This document shows, in pieces, positions 39,150-46,906 of a stretch of DNA of 64,000 nt; position 1 is the stretch's first letter, and the number at the start of each line of letters is the position of its first letter. The position numbers and the translations under genes are program-made. The notes beneath the pieces are model-generated. The model was not told the origin of the DNA, searched no databases, and saw only the letters and a program-made list of their open reading frames with translations. Origin of the DNA: an uncultured virus (IMG/VR IMGVR_UViG_3300005253_000213) (lineage: Duplodnaviria > Heunggongvirae > Uroviricota > Caudoviricetes); the IMG/VR virus record IMGVR_UViG_3300005253_000213; one strand, written 5' to 3'.

Positions 39150-39458
39150 TACGTACTCCATTCTCTGACGCGGTGTAGACTTTGGGAAGGGGGGCAGTAT
39201 GTTGGGAACAGCTGAGCAGCATGAACTGCACGATCTGATAGGCGTGGGTCCGAACATGCAACTCCGGGCTGACGGTATTGGTACGCGCCTTACCGGCATC
39301 CTGGAGAAGCAGGCAGCAGCCATGTCGAATACGGTGCAGCTCTACAGAATGTATCGCGCCGAGTGTCGGCAGCGACGGCTTCGCGCGAAAGGAATAAGTG
39401 CTGACGCGGTCCTTGGGATCGGGCAATCAACGAACCCCGTTAGCCCATCGGGAAGATG

Positions 39459-39621
39459 AGCGCTGGATTCGGATTGCTATCGGGCTGGCAGCTCTGCGAT
39501 GTAGGCCGTTGACGAATGCGCGACACGTGAAGCGTCGAGCTACGTCAACCTTGGCCGGCCAGTAATCGGGGAGGATCACGAAAGTTGCTGGGTGAAATCA
39601 GATAGCCCGGCCGTCAGCGCT
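39459..39621 (+). ncRNA. Candidate rod-shaped ncRNA with central bubble (6S-like architecture)
   Basis: Nested pairings 39459-66/39614-21, 39476-81/39601-06, 39485-93/39583-91, 39508-14/39543-49. Confidence 0.45.
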
Positions 39622-39623
39622 AC

Positions 39624-39699
39624 GCACCTGTAGCTCAGTAGGTAGAGCACCTGCGTGAAGTGCAGGGTGTCGCTGGTTCAATTCCGGCCGGGTGCACCA
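39624..39699 (+). tRNA. tRNA-Phe(GAA)
   Basis: Cloverleaf GCACCTG...CGGGTGC-ACCA; anticodon loop GTGAAGT. Confidence 0.88.
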
Positions 39700-39701
39700 G
39701 A

Positions 39702-39773
39702 TCCGGCGTGATGTAATAGGTAGCATGGCTGACTGTTACTCAGTCTGTCCTGGTTCGAGTCCAGGCGCCGGAG
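39702..39773 (+). tRNA. tRNA-Asn(GTT), no encoded CCA
   Basis: TCCGGCG...CGCCGGA-G; loop CTGTTAC. Confidence 0.88.
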
Positions 39774-39787
39774 CTCAGAAAGAACAC

Positions 39788-39863
39788 TGACTCCTAGTTC
39801 AATTGGTAGAACATCCGGCTCTGGACCGGAAGGTTCGAGGTTCGAGCCCTCGGGAGTCAGCCA
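39788..39863 (+). tRNA. tRNA-Gln(CTG)
   Basis: TGACTCC...GGAGTCA-GCCA; loop CTCTGGA. Confidence 0.9.
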
Positions 39864-39884
39864 GATAAGAAAGAGGAGGAAGCA

Positions 39885-40613
39885 ATGTCGAAGAAGGGTT
39901 TCACAGAGATCGTAGCGATCGTGGATCGCTCAGGTTCGATGCAGGAGATTCGCGCCGACGCGATGGGCGGCTTCAATGCGTTCCTCGCGGACCAGCAGAA
40001 GCTGCCGGGCGAGGCGACGATGACCGTGGTGCTGTTCGATCACGAGTACATCGTGCTTCATAGCAACGTGAAGGTGCAGGACATCGCGCCGCTCGACGAG
40101 TCGACTTACATTCCTCGCGGGCAGACCGCGCTCTACGACGCGATTGGCCGTGCGGTGAACGAGGTCAAGGGCCGAATCGACGGCATGGCCGAGGCCGACA
40201 AGCCGGAAGGCGTCATCTTTGCCATCCTGACCGATGGCATGGAGAACGCCAGTGCCGAGTTCAGCAAGGATGGCGTCACGAAGATGATTGCGGAGCAGCA
40301 GAAAGAGGGGCGTGAGTTCGCGTTCCTTGCGGCGGGTCAGGACGCCTTCGAGATCGGCCGAGGAATCGGGATCAAGCAGCAGGCGGTCGCGAACTTCGTT
40401 GGCTCGGCAAAAGGCGTGCGGGCGGCCTTCAGCGGCGTCAGTCACTACGCGGCAGAATATCGCTCGGGTGGCAGCCGGCAGCTCATGGCGAATAGCTGCT
40501 CGATGCAGAGCATGGTCGACGACGCGATGGCCGTAGGCGTTTCGCCTGACGACCTGGCCAAGGAGATCGCCAAGGAGGACGCTGACGCAGAAGGCTCGGC
40601 GAACAAGCCGTGA
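39885..40613 (+). CDS. VWA domain protein
   Basis: VDRSGSM, GQTALYDAIG, LTDGMENAS. Confidence 0.9.
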   Translation: MSKKGFTEIVAIVDRSGSMQEIRADAMGGFNAFLADQQKLPGEATMTVVLFDHEYIVLHSNVKVQDIAPLDESTYIPRGQTALYDAIGRAVNEVKGRIDGMAEADKPEGVIFAILTDGMENASAEFSKDGVTKMIAEQQKEGREFAFLAAGQDAFEIGRGIGIKQQAVANFVGSAKGVRAAFSGVSHYAAEYRSGGSRQLMANSCSMQSMVDDAMAVGVSPDDLAKEIAKEDADAEGSANKP

Positions 40614-40621
40614 AAGGAAGT

Positions 40622-40699
40622 GGGGGCGTAGCTCAGCCAGGAATGAGCGCCTGCCTTGCAAGCAGGATGGCGCGAGTTCGAATCTCGCCGCCTCCACCA
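40622..40699 (+). tRNA. tRNA-Ala(TGC)
   Basis: GGGGGCG...CGCCTCC-ACCA with G3.U70; loop CTTGCAA. Confidence 0.92.
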
Positions 40700-40719
40700 A
40701 TAGCGACTAGGAGAGCACC

Positions 40720-41283
40720 ATGAAACGAACCTTTCTTGCGCGGTGTGTGTCGACAGCGCTAACACAACGCGAGATAGCCAGGCTCGTGGGGTGCTCACAG
40801 ACGACAGTGCGGTACTGGCTCAGAAAGCATGGACTCAAAACGATCCGAAGACCGCGGAAAGTATACCATTGCCTAGCGTGTGATAAGGTATTGGACCGCG
40901 ACACCAAACGATGGAACAAGTTCTGTAATACTGCCTGCTTTCAGGAGCACTGCTATCGCACCTACATCGCAGGTTGGCTTCGCGGGAAGGAGCGCGGGGG
41001 CGGAGCCGACGGCTCTGTCTCGGATTACGTACGCAGATACTTGTTCGAGCAAGCTGAAGGTAAGTGCGTGAAGTGCGGGTGGGCTGAGATCAATCCGGTA
41101 ACTCAGAAGAAGCCGCTGGGAGTGAATCACAAGGACGGTAACTCTAGGAATCACCGGCTGAGCAACTTAGAGTTACTTTGCCCGAACTGCCATAGTCTGA
41201 CGCCGACGTTTGGAAGCCTCAATAATGGGCGAGGTAGACATCACCGTCGGAAGGCTGCACTACTGAAGCGTGTGGCAGGATAA
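40720..41283 (+). CDS. HTH-HNH endonuclease directly downstream of tRNA-Ala
   Basis: TQREIARLVGCSQTTVRYWL; CVKCG...VNHKDGNSRNH...NLELLCPNCHS. Confidence 0.9.
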   Translation: MKRTFLARCVSTALTQREIARLVGCSQTTVRYWLRKHGLKTIRRPRKVYHCLACDKVLDRDTKRWNKFCNTACFQEHCYRTYIAGWLRGKERGGGADGSVSDYVRRYLFEQAEGKCVKCGWAEINPVTQKKPLGVNHKDGNSRNHRLSNLELLCPNCHSLTPTFGSLNNGRGRHHRRKAALLKRVAG

Positions 41284-41817
41284 GGATGCCACGAGCATAA
41301 TGGCAGCAGCCAACAAGAACGACGACGCTTGCTTGGAAGAGATGCTTCAGCGACTTGCTGCGGCACAGATGCAGCAGCAGGAGTACCGCATACTGCAGCA
41401 GATGCAGATGCAGGAACAGGCCAATGAGCAGCGCCATCGGATTGGCGGTGCTGGCATTTGGACTGACCTGCTTGGTATACCAGTTAGGCCGCCGCAAGGC
41501 GAGTGCATCAAGGATGTGGAGGTCGAGATTGTCGAACCAAAGCGACTCCCACCCCCAGACGAAGGACAATCTGACTGAACAGCTTGTCCAGCGTCACTGG
41601 GCTGGTGGGGTGAGCTACAGGCTTGATGACGAAAGAGCCATGGCACTGGCAGAACTGGTCTGTAAGATATCAGACCGCGGCTATGGCGATGACGAGATTC
41701 CGAGCGTACTGCGAGATCCCGAGGTGCTGGAACAGTTCGGCTTTACGCCGGACATGACACACCTTGTGGCGGCACTGCGAGTGGTTCGTCGGCGGATAAG
41801 TGAGGCTGCTGGGTAAC

Positions 41818-41893
41818 TGCCCCGTGGTCCAGTTGGAATGGATGGCTGGCTTTGACCCAGCAGACTCAGGTTCAATCCCTGACGGGGCAGCCA
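41818..41893 (+). tRNA. tRNA-Gln(TTG)
   Basis: TGCCCCG...CGGGGCA-GCCA; loop CTTTGAC. Confidence 0.9.
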
Positions 41894-41962
41894 AGGAAGG
41901 CACGGGCAATGCAGCCCGCTCTGCGAGTTCTGCGAAATCCGAACAGAGCCCGAAGGAGGGTC

Positions 41963-42280
41963 ATGAGAGAAAAGTCTGTCGACGCACAACCTGAACCCAG
42001 CGTCGAGCTCAACTTCGACCCGGATGTACCGAAGGAGAGGGCCGACGAACTCTACATCTTCATAAGGCAATGCCTTGCGGAGTGTGTCGTACTTATGGAC
42101 AAGTACGCGAAAACGGGTGATCACGGCGATGCGCACCGTATCGTCAACACGGTTATGCAGCTCAAGACAGCGCTTGGCAGACCGGAGTGGTCGCGGATGG
42201 TATGTCGGGCGATCTCGGGTGATAGGATGCTGTCCGAGCAGCGGCGTGAGATCGTACGGAAGGTACTGGAGGACATCTGA
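41963..42280 (+). CDS. Hypothetical protein
   Basis: AAGGAGG RBS. Confidence 0.6.
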   Translation: MREKSVDAQPEPSVELNFDPDVPKERADELYIFIRQCLAECVVLMDKYAKTGDHGDAHRIVNTVMQLKTALGRPEWSRMVCRAISGDRMLSEQRREIVRKVLEDI

Positions 42281-42535
42281 TGGGACGGCGAATCTGGAGC
42301 TGTCCTAACCGACAGTATGCGGAGGGCTTTCTCGACGGCGTTGAGTTCGTAAACGATTCGGCAATCAAGGTCGAACGCTGCGTCCAGACTCACGTGGGGA
42401 CATACGTCTTCACGCTTGAGGATGACAACTTTGACGGCATGGAAGCATTTCTTCCGTCGAGTGAGCATCCGCAGCCGACTGCTGTCGCACTGGAGCAGTT
42501 GCGAGACGACTCAGAAGGAAGAGGCGGCGCATGAT

Positions 42536-42612
42536 GGGGGCCATGGCGCAACCGGCCGAGCGCATCTGACTGTGACTCAGAAGATATGGGTTCGAGTCCC
42601 ATTGGCCCTCCA
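42536..42612 (+). tRNA. tRNA-His(GTG)
   Basis: G-1 + GGGGCCA...TGGCCCT-C; loop CTGTGAC. Confidence 0.88.
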
Positions 42613-42615
42613 TAT

Positions 42616-42682
42616 CCGGGGCGGCGCATGCGTGCGACCAAGTAATCCGCGTTGCGAGAACTCTCTTCGCGGCCCCGGTCCA
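42616..42682 (+). ncRNA. tRNA-like mini-RNA lacking an anticodon stem
   Basis: CCGGGGC/GCCCCGG 7-bp stem + T + CCA; CGCA-TGCG-TGCG and GCGAG-AACTCTC-TTCGC arms. Confidence 0.5.
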
Positions 42683-42684
42683 GT

Positions 42685-42771
42685 GCCGAGGTGGTGGAAC
42701 TGGTAGACACGCGTGGCCTAAACCCGCGTGCTCGTGAGAGCGTGGAGGTTCGACTCCTCTCCTCGGTACCA
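42685..42771 (+). tRNA. tRNA-Leu(TAA) with C33
   Basis: Long variable arm; loop CCTAAAC; ACCA end. Confidence 0.85.
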
Positions 42772-42772
42772 A

Positions 42773-42849
42773 GCGCGTATAGTGTTCAACGGCCAGCACG
42801 TCAGCTTTCCATGCTGAAGGTGTAGGTTCGAATCCTACTATGCGCTCCA
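42773..42849 (+). tRNA. tRNA-Gly(TCC)
   Basis: GCGCGTA...TATGCGC-TCCA; loop TTTCCAT. Confidence 0.9.
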
Positions 42850-42876
42850 GGCAACTACGCTCAGAAAGGAGCGATC

Positions 42877-43332
42877 ATGTCGGACGTTCGTGTCATTCAC
42901 TTTCGTTGTCGAGAAGGTGGGAAGGTGCTGACGAAGGGCGGCGTGACTGTCGCTGTGCGTACAACGGAGACAAGACAAGAGGCGGCATACGCGATCTGCA
43001 GTGCAGCCGACGGGTTCAACCCGATCGAGGGCAGAAAGCGTGCGCTGGCTCGGTTGAACAGCAAGCCGAAGAACGGGCGGAGAAACAGCCGTCTTTTCGG
43101 TGCGATCGTTTCTTCTATGCCACTCGCCGATAAAGGTGACGAGCGAGCTTTGCGAAGGCTGGGATTTCAGAAAGAGATGGAGATGCTGGCCAAGAAGCCT
43201 GACGATACTGTCGTCTTCGCCTGGGACGTTGCAGCGTTCGGTGTCATGCGCATGAAGGGCGGCAAGCCGGAAGACATACAGAGACTTCAGACGACGCTTG
43301 CAGCATATCCGCGCGAGAAAGTGCCGGCGTAG
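42877..43332 (+). CDS. Hypothetical phage protein
   Basis: KGGVTV...AICSAADGFN..EGRKRALAR; AAGGAG RBS. Confidence 0.65.
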   Translation: MSDVRVIHFRCREGGKVLTKGGVTVAVRTTETRQEAAYAICSAADGFNPIEGRKRALARLNSKPKNGRRNSRLFGAIVSSMPLADKGDERALRRLGFQKEMEMLAKKPDDTVVFAWDVAAFGVMRMKGGKPEDIQRLQTTLAAYPREKVPA

Positions 43333-43398
43333 CTCAATTGGCTAGAGCAACCGGTTTGTACCCGGAAGATAGGGGTTCGAGTCCTCTCGTCGGCTCCA
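43323..43398 (+). tRNA. tRNA-Thr(TGT); overlaps the last 10 nt of the upstream CDS
   Basis: GCCGGCG...CGTCGGC-TCCA; loop TTTGTAC. Confidence 0.9.
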
Positions 43399-43412
43399 AC
43401 ACAGGAGGTACA

Positions 43413-43727
43413 ATGCTGGATCCTCACGAACAGAAGGATGAAGTCGACAAACTGCTGCTCCGTATTCGTGCAGCTCGTGCGGTCAAGAGCCGGCGTATCA
43501 ACAAGGCCGCAATGGAGCTTGTGGATGCGGCCTGTTTCTCCGACACTGACACCATGGTCGAGCTGGCTCGCCAGATCGTAGAGGACGCGAAAGAGCGCGG
43601 TGCGATGACCAAGTGGGTGAAAGCGATCAAAGCTGCTCACAAGCAATTTCGGGAGGAGTATGACACGCTCATGCAGCTTCCAGAGGAATCGGTAGAGTTG
43701 GTAGCACTGGAAGGGGAGCACACGTGA
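43413..43727 (+). CDS. Hypothetical protein
   Basis: AGGAGG RBS. Confidence 0.6.
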   Translation: MLDPHEQKDEVDKLLLRIRAARAVKSRRINKAAMELVDAACFSDTDTMVELARQIVEDAKERGAMTKWVKAIKAAHKQFREEYDTLMQLPEESVELVALEGEHT

Positions 43728-44590
43728 CGCCCGTAACGCAGATACTTGATAGGGTGACGATCACTGGGGCTGACGACTCGGTCCGTCCCAGGGAGCTCAA
43801 GAGCTTCCAGGAGGAGTTTCCGTTCGTCGAGTGGGGCATTCTGGTGTCTCAGCACAAGACGTTCCCGGACGGTGCGCCGCGGTTCCCGTCGCCCGAGTGG
43901 CTTTGGGAGATCTGCGGTGATCCGAACACGCCATTTGGGAGGGAGCTCGGACCAGGTGCGGGCTTGAGACTATCGGTACATCTTTGCGGCCGATGGGTAC
44001 GGGAAGTCTGCAAGAACGAGTGGGGATGGCTGCAACCAGAAACCTCGTCGCCTGTGATTGGTATCATCACTATGGCGCAACGAGTGCAGCTCAATTTCCA
44101 CAGCTACATCCACAAGATCACCGATCGTGCGCAACTGGCCAAGAAGCTCAGCTACGTCTGGCCCAGGAAACAGGTGATCTGCCAGGTCGACGGTGCGAAC
44201 GATGACATCGTCAGCAATCTGTACGATGACGGTGCGAACGTTGCGGGACTCTACGATCGATCGGGCGGTGCCGGCGTATTGCCTGATGCATGGTCACCCC
44301 CGCTGAAGGGAATCTACTCGGGCTATGCCGGCGGACTGTCGCCGAAGAACGTTGAAGCCCAGTTGACGATCATCAATAAGCTCGTGACCGATCCGATCTG
44401 GATCGACGTTGAGTCGCACGTGCGCTCAGAGGATGATCAGCAGTTCGATTTGGTCAAGGTACACGATTTCCTTGAACGTGTTGAGCCGTGGGTCATCAAT
44501 TTGTCGTGCTTCGAATGTGGTGATCGTGCGACTTGCAAATTCGCGTACGATCAGTACAACACGGGCGGCGACTGTTTGGCCGAGAAGTGA
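43724..44590 (+). CDS. TrpF/PRAI-like TIM-barrel protein
   Basis: DRSGGAG, GYAGGLSPKNV, WIDVESHVR. Confidence 0.7.
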   Translation: MTPVTQILDRVTITGADDSVRPRELKSFQEEFPFVEWGILVSQHKTFPDGAPRFPSPEWLWEICGDPNTPFGRELGPGAGLRLSVHLCGRWVREVCKNEWGWLQPETSSPVIGIITMAQRVQLNFHSYIHKITDRAQLAKKLSYVWPRKQVICQVDGANDDIVSNLYDDGANVAGLYDRSGGAGVLPDAWSPPLKGIYSGYAGGLSPKNVEAQLTIINKLVTDPIWIDVESHVRSEDDQQFDLVKVHDFLERVEPWVINLSCFECGDRATCKFAYDQYNTGGDCLAEK

Positions 44591-44641
44591 TCGGGGTGTG
44601 GGTCATTACGCACTTGGAACTGGAAAAGTGGTTTACAAGTA

Positions 44642-44712
44642 CGGGCTGAAGTGTTAGGGTTGCACGCCTGGTTTGGGGCCAGGGGGTCAAGGTTCGAGTC
44701 CTTGCAGCCCGA
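44642..44712 (+). tRNA. tRNA-Pro(TGG), no encoded CCA
   Basis: CGGGCTG...CAGCCCG-A; loop TTTGGGG. Confidence 0.85.
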
Positions 44713-44727
44713 CTTGGAACTACTAAA

Positions 44728-45162
44728 ATGCAGTGCAATAGGTGCGGTAGCGAGCGACCTGCAAAGGAGTTTCCGTGGAAGAACAAGGCGGAACATAAAC
44801 GACATGGCTACTGTAAGGTGTGTGGTCGCGAGATCAGTCGCGGGCAGTACGCCAAGAAGCGCCAATACTACATGGATAAGGCCACCAAGCGGAGGAGACA
44901 GCTAGTCAAGATAGTTCGGAGATTTGTTCTTGACTACTTACTGGCACATCCGTGTGTGGACTGCGGTGAGGCGCATCCTGCGGCACTTGATTTCGATCAC
45001 GTTCGTGGGCGTAAACGCGGAGTCATTAGTAAGATGGCTCACACCGGCTACTCCCTTGCGGCAATCAAAGCTGAGATAGCTAAGTGCGCCGTTCGCTGTT
45101 CAAACTGTCATCGCAAGCGAACGGCCAAACGGGCAGGATGGTACTCATGGGCGCAGAAGTAA
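44728..45162 (+). CDS. HNH endonuclease
   Basis: PCVDCGE...LDFDHV...EIAKCAVRCSNCHRKRT. Confidence 0.9.
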   Translation: MQCNRCGSERPAKEFPWKNKAEHKRHGYCKVCGREISRGQYAKKRQYYMDKATKRRRQLVKIVRRFVLDYLLAHPCVDCGEAHPAALDFDHVRGRKRGVISKMAHTGYSLAAIKAEIAKCAVRCSNCHRKRTAKRAGWYSWAQK

Positions 45163-45191
45163 TTTCGGTCGAATCCGGCCACCCCGACCAT

Positions 45192-45560
45192 CCCTACTTT
45201 GACAAGCATACATTCATCGACGGGCGGGGCGAGTTGGTCGAACTGACTGTGGTAGAGTTGCGCTTGCTTACTGCAGTGGCGAATCAGCGCAATGGTGTTC
45301 TTTGGGATAACATAGGTGCCCGTACTGGTGCAGAGATAAAGCTCTACGACGCCGGGCTCCTCCAGTTCAAAGTAGCCTTGGCAAAGCCGGCCGGAGCGAG
45401 GTGTGTATCGTATCCGACGGCGATCGCCGCCGTGCAGTTACTTGAGCGTGGGTTGATGTAGGATGGGCGCGGGCTGGTCTTGTTGCTGGGTGTGTACACA
45501 TTTGGCGGCTTGATCTTACCGGTCAGACCGAAAATCATCTAGGTGCCTGCCGGGTATCAA
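45192..45560 (+). ncRNA. Candidate large multi-branched structured RNA
   Basis: Nested helices 45194-202/45367-75, 45220-25/45318-23, 45258-64/45286-92, 45325-30/45350-55; G-U-rich hairpin 45482-45509. Confidence 0.45.
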
Positions 45561-45693
45561 CAACCTGCGGAACAGCGAGAGATGAGACCACCTGACATTC
45601 CAAGTCGGTGGTGTACACTACACTGGCAGCGCGAGAAGAAGTACAAGCCACGCCGCCGCCTAGTGGCTGCGGATTAGTTTCTTACTGAATAGC

Positions 45694-45725
45694 ATTCCTG
45701 TTGCTTGACGGCAGGAATACTTTTT
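45694..45725 (+). terminator. Intrinsic terminator closing the tRNA region
   Basis: ATTCCTGTTG-CTTGA-CGGCAGGAAT followed by ACTTTTT. Confidence 0.7.
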
Positions 45726-45750
45726 GGCATCATAATGGAGCGGAGGAACA

Positions 45751-46299
45751 GTGGAAGTCACGGCAAAAATTCAGTTCGTCCGTCCCTGTCTTGGTAATGT
45801 GCGACGGTCAGACTATGATCGTATGGAGCATGATCAAGACGGTAATGTCATCTTCCTTCCGACGTGGTGGCGAGCAGCTTTCGCGAAAGCAGCACAGGCA
45901 ATCAACAAGCATCATAAGCTCGTGGACAACATTCATCCAGCGCTGCGGATCTATGGCACTATGACCAAAATCGAACGTCAATACTATGAACAACGGGGCG
46001 ATTCCAGCGTTCAGCGTATCAAGGTCCATGAGGGTTTCGATGCAGGTACTACTGTCGAGTGCAGCTTTCTTTTGCCGAGTGAAATAACGGCAAACCAGTT
46101 CACTGAGCTGCTCGAAGTGGTTGGCTTGTACTTCGGGATCAGTCCGTATGGTTGGCGCCAGGATTTCGGGCGTTTTCGAGTTTTGTCCGTTGACAAAACT
46201 ACGCGTAATGGTAGGATACGGGCGGAAACGGGGCGAAATGGGCCGGCCAAGGACGTGGACAGATCAGCAGCTGCGAGTAGCGGTTCGTCACGGCCATAG
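45751..46299 (+). CDS. Stand-alone RAMP (Cas7/Csm3-like) protein
   Basis: Beta1 VTAKIQFVRPCLG; GNVIFLPTWWRAAF; HEGFDAGT; C-terminal Gly-rich loop GLYFGISPYGWRQDFGRFRV; GGAGGA RBS. Confidence 0.55.
   Translation: MEVTAKIQFVRPCLGNVRRSDYDRMEHDQDGNVIFLPTWWRAAFAKAAQAINKHHKLVDNIHPALRIYGTMTKIERQYYEQRGDSSVQRIKVHEGFDAGTTVECSFLLPSEITANQFTELLEVVGLYFGISPYGWRQDFGRFRVLSVDKTTRNGRIRAETGRNGPAKDVDRSAAASSGSSRP
46190..46217 (+). promoter_or_regulatory. Internal sigma70-like promoter for the HNH/helicase unit
   Basis: TTGACA-16 nt-TAGGAT with TGn extension, inside the 3' end of the RAMP-like ORF. Confidence 0.55.
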
Positions 46300-46906
46300 C
46301 GCATCTGACGCATTACGTCGACTTCATTTAGCCGTGGGTGGTGCTGCACGTGATGTGATCTTCAACCACATCGATCGTCTAGGTTTATCCATTAGTCACT
46401 GGTCGCGACGACCGACGGGGCGAAAGCGCAGTTGGACAGATCAACAGCTTCGGGGGGCCGTAAAGCAGGCTACTTCAGTAACCGACACACTACGAAAGCT
46501 AGGGCTTGCGAAAGATAACTCGTACTCGCGTAAACTGGTTCGTAGGCGTATACGCGAACTCGGGCTAGACATCAGTCACTTCAAAAACTGGTGTCACTTG
46601 AAAGGCTTGCCGCTGCGTCGGCTGCTGATACGAGATAGCAGAGCCCATAATACGCACTTGAAAGAGCGGCTGATCAGGGCGGGTATTCTGGAACCCGGGT
46701 GTGACTGGTGTGGTCGAAAGACCTGGCGTAAGTTGCCAATTCCGCTTGAGTTGGATCATATCAACGGTGATTCGCACGACAACAGGCGGAGGAATCTAAG
46801 ATTGCTTTGCCCAAATTGTCATGCCCAGACGCCGACATGGAAAGGGAGGCGCAGTGGATATCGTTCACATCAGAAAAGCGGGCAACCTCCTTCAGGTGAT
46901 ACCTGA
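46238..46906 (+). CDS. HNH endonuclease with two WTDQQLR DNA-binding repeats
   Basis: WTDQQLR twice; CDWCG...LELDHINGDSHDNRRRNLRLLCPNCHAQT. Confidence 0.9.
   Translation: MGRPRTWTDQQLRVAVRHGHSASDALRRLHLAVGGAARDVIFNHIDRLGLSISHWSRRPTGRKRSWTDQQLRGAVKQATSVTDTLRKLGLAKDNSYSRKLVRRRIRELGLDISHFKNWCHLKGLPLRRLLIRDSRAHNTHLKERLIRAGILEPGCDWCGRKTWRKLPIPLELDHINGDSHDNRRRNLRLLCPNCHAQTPTWKGRRSGYRSHQKSGQPPSGDT

Larger units (their letters stand above)
44592..45190 (+). pseudogene. Split remnant of an older tRNA-Pro flanking a tRNA-Pro+HNH cassette
   Basis: 5' CGGGGTGTGGGTCA at 44592; 3' TCGGTCGAATCCGGC-CACCCCG-ACCA at 45165-45190; CGGGGTG/CACCCCG are perfect acceptor-stem partners. Confidence 0.7.

Noticed and set aside
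42685..42771. Amber-suppressor tRNA (CTA) and TAG reassignment
   Set aside because: The 7-nt loop CCTAAAC places TAA at positions 34-36. Long conserved genes are uninterrupted in the standard code and many end properly at TAG.
45084..45461. 125-aa + strand ORF
   Set aside because: It overlaps the HNH end and the tRNA remnant, has no RBS or recognisable motif, and the region is better explained by RNA structure. Not fully excluded.
45705..45736. TTGACG...CATAAT promoter
   Set aside because: The spacing is 20 nt and TTGACG lies in the loop of a terminator hairpin.
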